A stretch of 62,105 nt of DNA, filler included, from Ionaspis alba (GCA_964255285.1; 13 parts of 13 records of this genome joined end to end with filler, not necessarily neighbours in it), one strand, 5' to 3'. Positions 11,763 to 25,923 are shown, numbered from the whole stretch's first letter. Notes: generated by a model from the letters alone, not told the origin. Numbers and translations are program-made.

Positions 11763-12431
11763 GGTGACCGTTCACAATCGATTCCCGAGCCAATTTCAAT
11801 GGGCACACCTTATCTGTGTAGCCACGAGAAACGACGCAACGTAACGAACGCGACGTAATAAATGTTGAAAGAGATTATTCAAATTGACATTGGCTGCAGA
11901 TGCGTACACGCTTCCTACTTGACTCAGCTCAGTCCTCCTTCTCCCTAGCTTTGTTTATCAGCTATTTCCGGTCAGGGAGATGGCCGGAAATTATTTCGTG
12001 AAGGCCGATTCGCCCGGTCCTAATTATCGTCGTGTCAAAGGCAAAAACTCTTTACTGATGGTCTTTAGGAGTATAAGGTAGATTGAAGAAATTATATCTC
12101 GATTCGCAATGACATGACTCGCGTGGACTAGCACAATTCCCCGTGCCAACGTTTAACATCGGCCCGGTTTGTGGGTCCGCCCTCCAACAGCTTTCCCCGC
12201 GTTTGGGGGTGGACAGCAATACTGACGATCTATCGCTGCAAACGAACTGCTTCATTGGATACAGGCATTCCATACGGTCCCAATGCTCGCGCACCCTGGA
12301 CCCTGGACCCGAGAGGGGAGAGCAAGAATGGTATCCACAATGCCGGATCATATTAAATCACCCGAGTCCCCTCTTCCTCCATCTGATACGCTCAAGAGCT
12401 CTGTTCCTGGACGTTGCAGACAACAACAATC

Positions 12432-14431
12432 ATGGCTTTCAATGTGCACGACAACGATATCGCGCTTGATCGCAAGCTGTACGACTATGGAGATGATGAG
12501 AAGCCCAGTGCTCATACAAATGAGTACGCACCTAAGTCTGCGTTCAATGGACGTGCGGGCCCAGATATTGGGAGGTTGAGAGAAGCACCGCCACTGGTCA
12601 AGAATCTCGCTCCTGAAGACCGACAACGTCTTGAACGCGCATTGGTACGGAAGATCGACTTGCGACTCTTGCCTATGGTTATTCTGATGTACATCATGAA
12701 TTATCTGGACCGAAATAATATCGCTGCGGCGAGATTGGCAGGCCTTGAAGAAGACTTACATCTCTCGAGTACAGAATTCAACGTATTTCATGTTCAGTCT
12801 GGTCAAGGAGGATTTTTTATCTGATATTCTTCTAGACCTGCGTTAGCATTTTGTTCGTCGGATATGTCCTGATGCAAGGTGCGCTACACTCCGAGCTTGA
12901 GTCTTTCAACTTCTGACCTGGTCAAGTCCCATCGAACCTATTTCTGAACAAGATTGGAAAGCCGGCGTTATACCTGCCCACAGCCATGGTGGTATGGGGA
13001 GTTATTTCTGCTGCAACAGCAGCAGCACAGTCATACGGCGGGCTTCTAGCTATACGCTTTTTCCTCGGTTTTGTCGAAGCAGCGTACTTTGTGGGTGATC
13101 ACAGTCCTGCTCAAATAGGATTCTGTTAACATGGAGATAGCCTGGGTGTTTGTTCTACCTATCGTCTTGGTACACTCGAAAAGAACTGGGATTCAGAACC
13201 GCTATGCTTTATTCGGGGTCTCTCTTGTCAGGTGCTTTCTCGGGGTTGATCGCTGCTGGAATCGTCAATGGACTTGATAGGGCAAAAGGTCTCCGGGCAT
13301 GGTGAGCCGATGTGGCACTCTCTTGGGTGGAAAGAATTGTCTGACCCGATTACAGGAGATGGTTGTTCATTATCGAGGGTGTAATCACAATGTGAGTACG
13401 ATATTTCTCATCAGCTGGGGATATTACTAAGCTATGGCAAAGAGCGATTGCTTTCGCGGCCTACTTTGTCCTGCCCAACTTTCCCCGTACGACGACCTGG
13501 CTCACCGAAGAGGAACGTCAGCTCGCAGTTTGGCGGCTGGACGAAGATATTGGTGAGGATGATTGGGTCAGCAGCGAAGCCCAGACCTTCGGACACGGTC
13601 TCAAGCTCGCAGCTGCCGATATCAAGATGTGGATATTGGTGGGTGTTCTCTACACATTCAGTCTGTCTCTAGTCTCTTGCTGATGGCTTGCTAGATGGTG
13701 CTGCTTTTTTGCACCGTTGCTTCCGGATCTATCACGAATTTCTTCCCAACAGTCGTGGCAACTCTAGGTTATGGCAATATACAATCACTCCTTCTCACTG
13801 CACCACCTTATGTATGTCTACCGGTAAGATGCAACTATGGAGCAAGAAACTGATAGCCTTTGAAGGTTCTGTGCGTCATCACTTCGTTCTGTAATGCCTG
13901 GCATGCAGACAGGACTGGAGAACGGTACTGGCATATTACTCTCCCTTTGTGGGTTGCGGTTATTGCCTTTATTCTTGGAGCAGCCACCACGTCTACCGCG
14001 CCTCGCTATGTAGCAATGATGCTCATGGTTCCTGGCGTATACACCGGCTATGTTGTGGCTCTTGGTTGGATCTCCAACACGATCCCCCGCCCGCCCGCAA
14101 AGAGGGCTGCCGCACTCGCAGCTATCAACGCAGTCTCTAATACCAGCTCGATATATGCAAGCTACATGTATCCAAAATCTGCTGGCCCAAGATATAGTAG
14201 GTTTCGTACAAGCCCGTTTCACAAGTCATAGCTGATTATATTACAGTGGTTGCCTTTATAGTTAATTGCTTGACCGCAGCAATTGCTATAGGCGCGGCGA
14301 CGACGCTTCGATTCATCCTGGTCCAGCTGAACAAGAAGCTCGACCGTGGAGAGCCTGTCGAAGGTGCTGTTGCCGTCGGAGAGGGTGTGCCGGGTGAGGC
14401 TGCGAAGAAGGGTTTCAGATTTCTCTATTAG
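12432..14431 (+). CDS. MFS transporter, anion:cation symporter (allantoate/nicotinate permease-like) family; many introns
   Basis: LVRKIDLRLLP...NYLDRNNIAAARLAGLEEDL...RFFLGFVEA...WRWLFIIEG...LPNFPRTT.WL...HADRTGERYWH...KGFRFLY*. Confidence 0.92.
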
Positions 14432-14829
14432 AGGCTTGATCTTTGTACATGTACAATACAGCGTCAAGNNNNNNNNNNNNNNNNNNNNNNNNNNNNNNNN
14501 NNNNNNNNNNNNTTAATTAATTAANNNNNNNNNNNNNNNNNNNNNNNNNNNNNNNNNNNNNNNNNNNNATGAGGCTCATCTTCGCCACCTGCAAAGAGGT
14601 TATGCGTGGCTTAGAGAAGGACTGTTGGTGATTGTGGGCAATTTGAAAACCAGAGGTTTGTCTATCTGGCGGCAGCAGCCACTCGGCATCATCCAATTTT
14701 GAGCCGCATGCTCGATTGGTGCTAGCGTTTCTGATCCAGATCCGTCATTTTTCTCCGCTCACGACATTTTCTTTCTCTTGCCTCACCGTCAACTCTGGCA
14801 CTTGCTATCTTGCTACCAGTATCCACAAG

Positions 14830-15287
14830 ATGGCAAGTAAGGAGTACTACGAGCTATATCGGCGCAGCAGGTACTACCTTGCGATCTACTATTCATCTAC
14901 GAGTCAGAACTAACAGGCCATGACTATAGCATCGGCCTTGCCTTGATCGACACGCTCGATGCCATGGTGCACGGCGGTCGCATCGAGCCTCAGCTGGCTA
15001 TGAAAGTGATTGCCAGCTTTGACCGAGCCATCACTGAGGTTCTGGCTGACAAGGTCAAGGCGCGCTTGAACTTCAAGGTAGAAGGGACACCGGAGCTGGC
15101 AGCTGGCAGATAGCAAGGGCTGACGAAGTCTTGTATGAAGGGCCACCTGGATACCTACCGCTACTGCGATGAGGTCTGGACCTTCTTGATCAAAGATGTC
15201 AACTTCAAACTGGATAGTGGAAGCACGATCGCGGCGGAGAAGGTGAAGATCGTGAGCTGCAATTCGAAGAAACCGGGAGAAACGTAA
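14830..15287 (+). CDS. TOA2: Transcription initiation factor IIA gamma (small) subunit
   Basis: [24 protein letters not shown]...[10 protein letters not shown]...[22 protein letters not shown]...VKIVSCNSK. Two introns. Confidence 0.96.
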
Positions 15288-15961
15288 TCTCTGGTGTTCT
15301 GCAGCAATATATGAAGGAGCTCTATGAGTACCCTCGATAGCCGTGCTGGCAGGAGTGATCATGAGAAAACACGACCATTTCGACGAATTATACAACCTTG
15401 CTATTGGCGGCTATGGCAGGCGCAGGAAGCAGGAGTTGCACACCATGCGTGCAGTATGCTGGATGTTCTTTATGATACCCGCCCTGGCGATGATGGTCTT
15501 ACCATACAGATAGATAAAAAATCAAACACGCTGACGATGAAAAACAGTCAATATTACTACCTCGTGATGCTCGTACCTTGTATCGTAGATGACTTCGTTC
15601 ACACTCTACAACTCTCAGTCAAGATCTCCCGCCAGATCTGGTTTCGGCCCGATATGGCCTAGTTTGTGGCTTGTCCACTTCCCTCCCCTTGCATGGAACG
15701 AACTACACCACAGCGGACCCCTCGCCACTACCCGAAGATCGTGCAATGATCTCCACTCCCTATACGCTCCGTCTCTTACTCGTTCCACTGCCTCAATTAC
15801 CCATCCACACCTGCGGGTAAGACCCAAAATGCAAAACCCCGATTCTCCATGATTCCACGCCCACTCAACCGCTAGGGCACCTAAAGGCTCCAGCAATGCC
15901 CAGACGCACCCTCTTTGCACCCTGATCTGGCTCTGGATCGGCACGCCTCGTCTGCGCAGCC

Positions 15962-16912
15962 ATGAGCCGCCGTCGTGTAACGGCGCGGTCGAATGGGGAT
16001 GATGGCTCGCACTCCCATACATTGGACGATGGAGCTAAGCTTGACGACCCTCCACATCTCTCGACTTCTTCGCCTTCTGCATCGGATTCCACGTCGACGG
16101 ATGGGATAGCGGAGAAAAGCAGGATGCCTTATAGCAAGAAGTCTTGGATTGTCTTTGCCCTGGCTAGTGGTGCTTGTGCGGCTTTCAATGGGGTTTTCGC
16201 CAAATTGTACGTCACTCTTGAACTCGAAGCTCCTTTATCGGTAATCAGTAGAACTCCACTGATCAATTGTCTCAATAGAACGACGACCGAGCTCACTACT
16301 TCTATCGCTGCTTCAATTGCCAAGTTCTTGCATCTGGGGCCGGAGAATCATGTGGTCGAATATATTGTCCGTGCTGTACGTACTCTGGACATTGCTCCTC
16401 TGGTGCCTCGATCCATAAGTTCTGCAATGCTTCGAAACTCTACCTATTTTCTCTACCCCACTCTTCATCTACCTTCGATTGCTGCCTCCTCTGTTGCAAC
16501 GTCCAGCTAATGCCTCTTCCTCTAGCTCTCCTTCATACTCAATCTGGCATTCAACGCCCTGATGTGGGTTCTCTTCACCCGCGCCCTGACCCTAGGAACA
16601 ACCACTCGCGTCTCCATCCTGAATACGAGTGCGAACTTTCTTTTCACCGCAATCCTCGGACTCCTGATTTTCAGAGAGTCACTACCGCCCTTGTGGTTTG
16701 TAGGTGCCGGCATGCTGGTCATTGGGAACGTAATAATTGGACGTCGAGAAGAGGAAGGCGACAAGCCGCCTATGCCAGAGATCGGCGGCCTGAGTGTGAG
16801 CGAGATTGAATCTGAGGAGGGGCTTTTGGCTGTCATGCATGGGGAAGAGCAGGGTGTGCGGCTGGCGAATGTCACTGGCGATGAGGAGGTTGGACATGAG
16901 AACTTGAGATGA
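15962..16912 (+). CDS. TMEM42-like (EamA/DMT superfamily) membrane protein
   Basis: WIVFALASGACAAFNGVFAKL|TTTELT...NALMWVLFTRAL...VSILNTSANFLFTAILG..IF.E.LPPLW..GA..LV.GNVIIGRRE. Confidence 0.85.
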
Positions 16913-17141
16913 TGGATTTGGCACATTTTGGAAATGGCATTATACCCGGGTTTTGGAATTGTACAGATTGTCTTGCTTCCACTGATTGCGCGAGGCAGAC
17001 AGGGAAGTCTCGCACAGGAGGAATGTATCATGAAGAATAGAAATACACATTAGATGGCTCGAAATCGCACAAGCATTTCTAGCACATGAGCCACACGTGA
17101 CAAGATCAGAAAGAGTCCACGAGCAGCCACTCCACTGCGCA

Positions 17142-19276
17142 TCATTCGCCTTCTTCCCGTAAAAGATCTCCTCCAATCATACCTCCAAATCCGAGACCCA
17201 CCTCCTCCAGCTCCTTACTCATCTCCCTCGCAACACCCACACACCTCATCCAAACCTCCCCACCCTTGGTCACACTGCTCAGGCCCATTCCCAAGCCCTC
17301 CTCCCATCTTCCCATACTTTCCCTGGCCCAAACCACGCACGCACTCATCATGTTGACCGGGAAACACTGCTGGTAAACACTCACGGTGTTCTTGATCAGT
17401 GTCACGTACACGAAACTGAGTGCTGTGATGTGGGATTCGAGATCGCCTTCGAAAATGCACTGTCGAGCTCGCAGCGTAATCGTCTCGGTCCGGGCTGCGA
17501 GGTAGGTTGTTCGTGCTAAAGGAGTGAGAGAGAGCCGAGTGAGATGATTGATGTGGGTAGAAGTGGGCGTGGGGAATGCATGGGTTTGGATAAGGAGATT
17601 TGTTATGAGGTCTGTTGAAAGTTAGCAGCTTGGAACGTCTAAGGGAGCCTGAGGGACGGCGATGGGCATATTACGAACCAGCAAGTTTGGAAACCCTCTC
17701 GTCGACTTTGACCGTGATGAGATCTTGGGCGACTGTATTGCTCTTCAATCCTTTCGCCAAACGACGGAGCTGCTCGATACGAGTCACAGCTTCTTCAAAA
17801 CGTTGAAGGGCGATCTCGATGTCAAGTTCGTCAATCTGCGATTCCACCCAACGCAGGTTTCGCTGTTTGCCATCGACGTCAATAAGGATCTCATGGCGCT
17901 CCCTCGACTTGCTCAACGAAGTCAACAGACTTGGGCTTCGCGAGATAGATGGATCCCTCGTAGCGAGATAGTTCATGGTGTCTTTCGTCTTACCCATCTC
18001 ATCCACTTCAGCGCGTTCAGCTCGTCGGAGTTCGTCCGCTGTTCGCTTGAAAGCGAGTAAAAGGTCCGTCTTTTCTTTGGGGTCTTGTCGATCGCTGCGA
18101 TAAGTAAATGATTCTTGCCCGTGCCGAACAGTGATTGCATTGGTGATGTCTTTCATTTCCCGAAAGGGTCCTTTGATTTCTTTGGCTCCAGCGGTCAAAT
18201 CCACGAGATCGATCTCATGCAATGGCCAGCATCGCTCAGCGACAAGCTTCGTAGGCGCCTTCTGGCTTGCAGCCATACTTGGATCTACACGCTTCCTCTT
18301 TCTAGTTGCAACCAATAGGTGATCGTTCAGCAGGACGATGTGTACTGGTCGTCGAGGCTTCCACGTTGCTGCATCTAGCTCGACCCAATATCCCGACTCC
18401 TGAACAACATGTCTTCCCGGTATAGCAGGAAGAAACTTCTGAGAGCCTTCGATGTTCTTCCACAGAGCCTGTAGTTGAGTAGTCCACATTGCTTCAAGAT
18501 TGGCAACAGAACTTCGATTCGCTCTCTTCCGCGCCGAGCTCGGTCCTTCTTCGAGGCTCGGAGAACGCCTCCCGGAAGCGGAACTCACGGAAGTCTGTCC
18601 AAGTGTATTTGTAAGCTCGGACATGAGTCCTCGTAGTGTTTGCATTTCTCCTTTGAGCTTCTCGGCTTCCTTGCTGATCTTGATGAATTGAGTTCGGTTT
18701 TGGTAGACGTTGTGCTGCAAGTCCGTCGACGCTCGATTCTTAACTTTCTTCAGGCTTTGCTGATATTCGATTATGTCCTGCTCTGAGGCATTGGTCAAGA
18801 ACTTGGTAACATCTGCAGACTCCATCAGTACCTTAAATGTACTAGGAAGGCTGGAGGGGCTGCTAACATTCTTCTGCTTGCAATGACGGATCTCTTAATG
18901 CTCTCAGATCAACATCCTGGTGCCGTGCCGGCGATTCTTCCCTACCTCCAAATTGCTGTGCAAGAGCTTGCTGAAACCTTGGAATACCAGGCACCGGTGG
19001 TGCGTCAGGGTCATTGAGATCCGGAAGCTGGTTGTACCGTATAGAGTACCTCTTCTTTACAAGGTTTGAAGTCTGACCACCTAGTTGCGGACGTTGTCTG
19101 GTGCTCGGAGGGGAGTCGTTAGGAATCTCGTTCTTGCTGTAGGATTCCTTCAATGCATGCCGTGGTTTGTCGTCCGAGGACCGTGGGAGATCCGAACGAT
19201 GTGCTTGATGTCGCCGGCCTCCCCCACCTCCCCTTTTGCGCAGTGAGAAACCTTTATGTTTGTCTTGGTCCGCCAT
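17142..19276 (-). CDS. EXO84: Exocyst complex component Exo84
   Basis: LVKKRYSIRY...DLQHNVYQNRTQFIKISKEAEKL...EGSQKFLPAIPGRH...VLLNDHLLVA...LDIEIALQRFEEAV...YQQCFP..MMSACV.WA. Confidence 0.95.
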
Positions 19277-19523
19277 GNNNNNNNNNNNNNNNNNNNNNNN
19301 NNNNNNNNNNNNNNNNNNNNNTTAATTAATTAANNNNNNNNNNNNNNNNNNNNNNNNNNNNNNNNNNNNNNNNNNNNTAGATTAGCGGCGATCTTGCATT
19401 ATGACTTGTGCGTCATTTGCCAAACATAAGATGGCTTTCAGCACAGGTATGACGTTGAACGATCCACAACCCAAACCTTCTGTAATTTGATTTCAGTGTA
19501 CGCACAACAGTAACGACTCTAGA

Positions 19524-22208
19524 ATGTCTTCTAGAGCGCTGCGAAAGCTACAACGGGAGCACGAAGAGCAGCAGCAGCTCGCAAAACTACAGGCTCGTAA
19601 TGAAGAGCCAGATGATGAAGATGAAGAGGTCGAAGAGGAGCCAGTCTCGAAACCCAAAGTCAACGCCTTTGATATGCTGAATGCAGCTATAGATGAGGAC
19701 GAGGGAGATCAAAGTAGTGCTGGAAACGCCATATCGGAAGGTTCAGACCAAGAAGTGGCATCAGCGCAAGTGAACGAAAACACCGCCCTCGAGTCACAAA
19801 CCCAGACAAACGCGAAAGCTCAAGCTAAACGACGTCCAAAGAAAAAGGGCAAGAAGAAGAAAGGGCTGGCAAAGAAAGAGGACACCATCTCTGCAGTCAA
19901 AGGTTCAAAAGCAGCTGGAGAGCAGGCACAGCTTGATGAGATTGACCTTGCTCTCATGTCGCTGAAAGACAAGCACAATGAGCCCACGAATCAAGATGAT
20001 GATAGAAAACATCTAGACGAAAATCTCCAGCACTTATATACTCTCCTTGCCATCGACACAAAGTACCTGAATGCGCTCAATGAGATGAAAAGATTGTTTG
20101 GTAATGTCGTCTTGGAAGGAGAAGGGGCCGAGCAGGCAGGAGCTATGGGTGGTGGGCGAAGACGCGGAAGAGGACCACAACAGGTTGACCTAGGAGGAGC
20201 TCTTACAGGCCGAAATAGTCCCATCTCTCGCGGACAAGGGCTTGCGGGTCTGGCACTGCGAAGGAACGTGTTCATGCTTGGAAAGGAGGAATGGCCCAAA
20301 GCAACGAGCGGTGGGCTCGGTATGGAAGTCATTGAGAAGGCATGGGATCTTACTACAGAGTATCGATTCGTTCACAACTCTATGTACCAAGATGTCCAAC
20401 GGCAGTTCGAGTCGTGCGTCGAATCAATGGATCCGCAACGAATGATACAATTGTTGCAGTTCAACCGTGAGATCATCCTCATGTTTGGGCGCACCATGTA
20501 GCTGATATCTGTAATAGCATACCACATCTCGACCCTACTCCAAGTGTCCGAGATAGCAAAGCAGCAGGGTGACCACTCCGTCTCTGGTGATCTGCTCGAG
20601 CGCGCCCTCTTCTCTTTTGGCCGGTCCGTACATTCCTCTTTCCACACGGCCCTTTCGGAGGGCAAGGCTAGGCTTGACTTTCGACGACGTGAAAACCGTG
20701 AGTTCTGGCTTGCTTCCTGGCGATATATTGGTAGTCTCGGTCAGCGAGGCACTTGGAGGACCGCGTACGAATGGGCGAAATTGCTGTTGAGTTTGGACCC
20801 GGAAGAAGACCCGTACTGTATTCACATGATCCTGGACCAGCTAGCTCTTCGAAGCGCCCAAGCAGAGAATTTTGTCGACTTGGCCAGGTCAGCTAGTGTT
20901 CTCTTTGACTGGGGTAAAAATTGTCCGAACATCGACATCAGTCTGGGATTAGCAGAGTCCAGGCTTAAGCGCCCAGAGGCCTGCCGTGCGACCTTGCGAG
21001 CGGCTGTGGAGAATTATCCTTGGATCTTTGCCCGGTTGTTCCAAGAGCTCAACATTGGCCATACCCCGAAGTCGATCTGGGGAAAACAGCCTCGTACCCA
21101 GGATGAGAAGCTTAAGTGTGAAGCATATGTTGCCCGCGGCAAAGATCTTTGGAACACTCCTGAGGGTGTCTCCCTTCTAGTGGAAGTGACGGAATCGGTG
21201 ACCGGGAAATCTGAGCCAGCTCATGCTGATCATCCGATCACGTTGAACCAAGCCCGTCATATAATGCTATCTGATATACCACAACTCATCAGTCTCTTAC
21301 CCCGCGAATTCACTACATCTCGATCATCCGCCTCAGATCCTCTACCTCCACCCGACGATCTACCGTCTTACGAGCTAGGTGAGTCAGCCTCTCGAGAAGA
21401 TGACCTCTTCGATGAGGATGAGGAGGAGACCGGAGCTTCTCGAGAACCTTCTACAACAAACGCAGAAGCTGAGGAATACCGCGGTCTCCAAGCGTTCTTC
21501 TCACGCATCGTTCCCTGGTTCTCCCGCACAGGCAGTCTAAGCCGAGCCCCGAATCCAAACGAGCGGAACGGCGTGATTGAAGAATCCAACGTCGAGGATC
21601 TGGCGCGCGTCATCGAAGATTCCGGGGTGGACCCAGAAGTCTTCGAAGAGCGCGGTGCGCGTCTGATCGAACTGCATAGTCGCATCGCGGCTGAAGAACA
21701 GCACAGACGCGAGGTTGCCGAACAGGAGTTCTTGGCCAATGATCCGGCACAGCGCGCCATGGAAGAGGCGGGCATGAGCTTCATAGCAAGAGGAGGACTT
21801 GATGACTTGATGGCGAATATTGATGCCGATCGTTTTGACGCTATCCTGCGCAATCCAACCAACGGCCCTCCTGACTCCGGAGATACACCAGATAACAATA
21901 CGTCGAGTCCAGCTGATGACTCAGTACCAGAGCCATACGATGACGAACGTAATCAGCGTTGGCTAGCTGGTCAGGGTATGATGAGGCTCAGGGACTTCGT
22001 CACGGAGCATGGCACGGATGAGGAAGCTTGGGAAGGGGATGGCAATGTCGATACCTCGCCTCTCACAGAGTACGCTCGGCGAGTCAATCTTCTGCAGAGA
22101 CGGGCGACGAGGAATTTCATTCTTGATTATTCCTTGCAGCAGGGGACGAGTAGTGAGGTTAGGGCCCTAGTCATTAGATTCGCTGAGGCGGCGAGTAGAG
22201 GGAGTTAA
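19524..22208 (+). CDS. RQC1: Ribosome quality control factor Rqc1/TCF25 (DUF654, Nulp1)
   Basis: MSSRALRKLQ...LNALNEMKRLFG...WPKATSGGLGME...LQFNP|YHISTLLQVSEIAKQQGD...DLLERALF...RGTWRTAYEWAKLLLSLDP..DPY. One intron at about 20468-20517. Confidence 0.92.
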
Positions 22209-22432
22209 GGTATGTATGATCTTGAGTAGGGGGTACGAATGGCATCATGGCATTTACCAGGGCGCTTCTTAGTGATAGACAAGATACGTATGGTGCATAG
22301 CGAAGGGCGTCTTGTGAGATAGAACTTCCATTCTCGTATGTTCGCAGAACAGAGAACTAACTACCTGAGCATTGAAGCTGTCATTAGAAAACGAAGATCT
22401 ATAGACCAGCCTCTCTATTTGGCCATTACACA

Positions 22433-23951
22433 TTAGACATAGTCTCCATGAATATTCACGGACATCCCCTCTTCCAACTCCGGCTCATCACCCAGTTCCT
22501 CCTCCACCAGATCCCCATCTCCTCCTCCATCACCATCTTCCTCTTCATCACTCGTCCCGCTCCCCTCACTCTCACCTTCACTCCCCGGATCAAAATTCTC
22601 GTCCTCCTCTTCATCTTCATCCTCCTGATCCTCCATCTCCCTCCTCGCCTTCTCTAATTCCGTCTCCCCGTCCCCATCTCCCTCCTCCTCCACTCGCTTC
22701 ACTCCATCGACGTTGAACTTCTTCGCCCTCCTCTGCTCCGCCATACTCGCGTCTTGCAGCTGGTGTTTCTCGACATAGGCGTTGATCCCGGCAAAATCCG
22801 CCTGGTCGATCATGGAAAACTCGTAATCTTTTGGACCGTCCGTGGGATTGGTTTCTTTGAAGTAGTTGGGAACGGCGATATTGAGGTTGAATGTACGTTG
22901 GAGCACGGAGGTATAGGAGATGGAGTCGATGGTTGCGAAGGAGAAAAAGAGGAGCGGCTTTTTGAAAACCCAGGCTATGCCTGTGGGGAGGAAGAAGAGA
23001 AACCCTATCGAATAGGTAAATTAGCAGGCATAGGGCAAAGGTGAGCATGAGGCATACGCACCATCCTTGCTGCCACGAAACGCCTTGACGTGATACGCCT
23101 TCTCGCCTTTCCTGTAGCCTTGTATGACCTGGCTCGCGAAGTCCTTCTCGCTGGGCTGCTGGACATTGAAGCCCGCCTGCTCAATCGCCTTTATCATGGC
23201 GGCGGATTGGCTTGGCTGCTCGTCGTCTGCCTCTTTCGCTGGGACATCGGGAGCTGTCCACACCATTGGCTCGTATTCTGACGTCTCTCCAGGGGGTCTT
23301 GGGATTCCGTCGCCGAGCTTGGGAAAGACGCAGAAATTTCGTGCCGCTTGAGCTTTTTCTGGGACGGGAAGACAGAGAACATGTTCTGGGCAGCTGTTAG
23401 CAGCTGCAATTGCGCGACGAGGGTGGACACTCAAGGAAACTCTACCTATTTGCTTCCATGGGATGCCAAATTCCTTTTGCTTCGTGCCAGGATTTAGGGC
23501 TCGTATGCCCTCGTTCTTCTTGGGAGATATTTGTAGCAGGAGTTTCTTGCGCTGTGGTACGGAGAACGATATACCCTCAATAGGAGCTGTTGTCCAACTC
23601 CCGTCCATGCTGCTATCTTCAGCACTCTGCGTATGTCCATTAACTTTGACACCATTGTCGTCAAGCTTTCGTTTCTTCGTCGATGGTCCCACCGCGTCAA
23701 ACTCCTGGTCTGCTGATCGGTGTTGCAGCGTGCACACGTACTGAGCAATGTCTTCGAAAAGTGTGCTTAATGGTGGTGTTTTATCTTACGATTTCCGGTC
23801 AGCCACAGAACAGCAATCTTTTCTGTAAACATTCAGGGGACAAACCTATAGCTTCATGAATGCGTATCCTGAGGCTCGATTGGTCGGCGAATGCTACATC
23901 GATCTGGGAGGGCTGGGGCCTTTTGGAGCCATTGCTAGGTGGAAAAGACAT
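22433..23951 (-). CDS. RTT106: Histone chaperone Rtt106-like protein (PH-like domains, acidic tail)
   Basis: [11 protein letters not shown]...LPVPEKAQ...[47 protein letters not shown]...[13 protein letters not shown]...LQDASMA, followed by a D/E-rich tail. Confidence 0.88.
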
Positions 23952-24942
23952 TTTCTAATAATGACAGCATCAAACAATGATCTCAAAATCTCCTATGCTA
24001 ATCTTGTATCAGTATAAATTTTAAGTGTATTGACATAGGGGATCCGTGTTGAAGCGCGGCATCGTGACAACNNNNNNNNNNNNNNNNNNNNNNNNNNNNN
24101 NNNNNNNNNNNNNNNTTAATTAATTAANNNNNNNNNNNNNNNNNNNNNNNNNNNNNNNNNNNNNNNNNNNNTTGTCTTCTGAAACCCGTATAGAATCTGC
24201 TTTGGATTTGGGAAGCGAATAATTGTTGTTCGTCACCGCGCAAGATGGAAAAGAATAGTAGTATGTAAAGAAGAGCGAAAAGCACGACACGGAGGACAAC
24301 GTGGGTTTCATATAACGCTCACTACCTAGTCAAGAGCTACCAACAAAGCATAGCCTGGTGCTCAGAATGCCATATTGAAAGACGCCGCGGCCAGCTCCTC
24401 CAGCACTAACCCACGGTCTCGCATGGTCCTGATGGTCTCAAGAACCATGATCATTGCAAAGTTTTTGTCACAATACCCAATGAGAGGGAATTCTCGGTGG
24501 CTGAAATCGCTGTGCCAGAATGGAAGGATTGCGCATGTATGGCACAGCCTTGGGCGGTTGAATTCATTCCCGATCCTTTACAGTGGAAGGAGAGCATCAA
24601 ACTTGGAGGATTACTTGAGTGGCTGAAACATGGCTTGGAATGGGGCTTCCGTGTCGATTGTCGCATAGCCTTATCACAGCCGCACTTTAACGACTTCCTT
24701 GGGCTTGTTTGAGTCTATTTCTACGTGTGTCACGATTCTCTAAGAACACAGCTTGTTGCGGGGACTATGTGAGATAAAGTGCTTGATCACGAACTGTGTG
24801 ATTGAGCCGACCCACAATATTGGTATTTCTATGTTCGATATTCATACAATGCTCCTGCTCCCTGCGTTTACCATATTTCTCTCAAAATCCTCGGACCACG
24901 GCGTTCTCTTTTGCTGAGCCGAGACGCTGACGGTCACGCCTT

Positions 24943-25923
24943 TCAGAGGCCTCGTCGATTCAGCCGGCGACCTCCTGAGTCTTCAAGAAGATTGTCGTGC
25001 AGGACAGCTTCCTGACCTAACCCAGATTCCAGACTTCCTCGAAGCATATGCGACACCAGTGGGTCCTGGACGTCCGATGGCACTGTCGTGACATGTTGAC
25101 GATCTCGCAATGGCTGCCCGGACCCATGCACTAGCGTATCGAGTCCAGAAGGCTGACTCCGGAAGGGATGATGGAAATTGGGACGGTTCATGGCAACTGG
25201 TTGCAAGGTTACAGGAATTATTGCAGCTTGTTGCGAGTCGTCGACGAACCTCAATTTCTTCGCCCGTTGTCTTTCAGCAAAAGTTCCACCACTAGGTTTT
25301 GTGATATTTGATCTAGCAGTACTCGGTGTGCGCGTCAAAGTTTTGGGCGGCTGATCCCGCGGCAAAGGCTGCGTGTCAAACATCCACGGATGAGTCCTAG
25401 GTGTATGAACTGATTGTGGTTGCTTCACTGTTTCCGCCTTGGCCACTGCTTGCTTTCCTTTCACTGGATTCGGTCCTCTGACTGCTTTCGCTTCTTTGAG
25501 GACGCCCATCGCTCCCAAAGCTGGGTTCGGACCCGGCTCTATCGGACTTCTTGTGCGACTCCTGGGGGCAAGCTTTTCGATGTCGTTGTCGTTGTGTGAA
25601 GCTCGCCACCTGATGGTGATAAAGATTACGAGAGCCACAAATATCAGTACTGCAAATATAATGGAAATCGTAGTGATAAAGGTTGGTGGAACGGGTTGCG
25701 CAGCGAATACGGAATAGCTGATGATGATCGAGCCGGCAATGATCAAATTTGTAAAGAAGAGTAAAGGTAGAACATAGTAGAGGCTGGCGTGAAGGACATA
25801 CGACACCGGAGATACTGCTGGCGGCTCAAACTGTTCTCGGATGGGTTGTGCATGCTGCTCCGTCTTCCCATGTGCAGTAGTTACGGAGAGGCTTGCCCCT
25901 GGCGAATCCTTCTTTCCCACCAT
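24943..25923 (-). CDS. Hypothetical membrane protein (two or three N-terminal TM helices, disordered C-terminus)
   Basis: ORF of more than 320 codons with hydrophobic stretches (YVLPLLFFTNLIIAGSIIISYSVF; FITTISIIFAVLIFVALVIFI). No family recognised. Start uncertain. Confidence 0.55.
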   Translation of the reverse strand: MVGKKDSPGASLSVTTAHGKTEQHAQPIREQFEPPAVSPVSYVLHASLYYVLPLLFFTNLIIAGSIIISYSVFAAQPVPPTFITTISIIFAVLIFVALVIFITIRWRASHNDNDIEKLAPRSRTRSPIEPGPNPALGAMGVLKEAKAVRGPNPVKGKQAVAKAETVKQPQSVHTPRTHPWMFDTQPLPRDQPPKTLTRTPSTARSNITKPSGGTFAERQRAKKLRFVDDSQQAAIIPVTLQPVAMNRPNFHHPFRSQPSGLDTLVHGSGQPLRDRQHVTTVPSDVQDPLVSHMLRGSLESGLGQEAVLHDNLLEDSGGRRLNRRGL

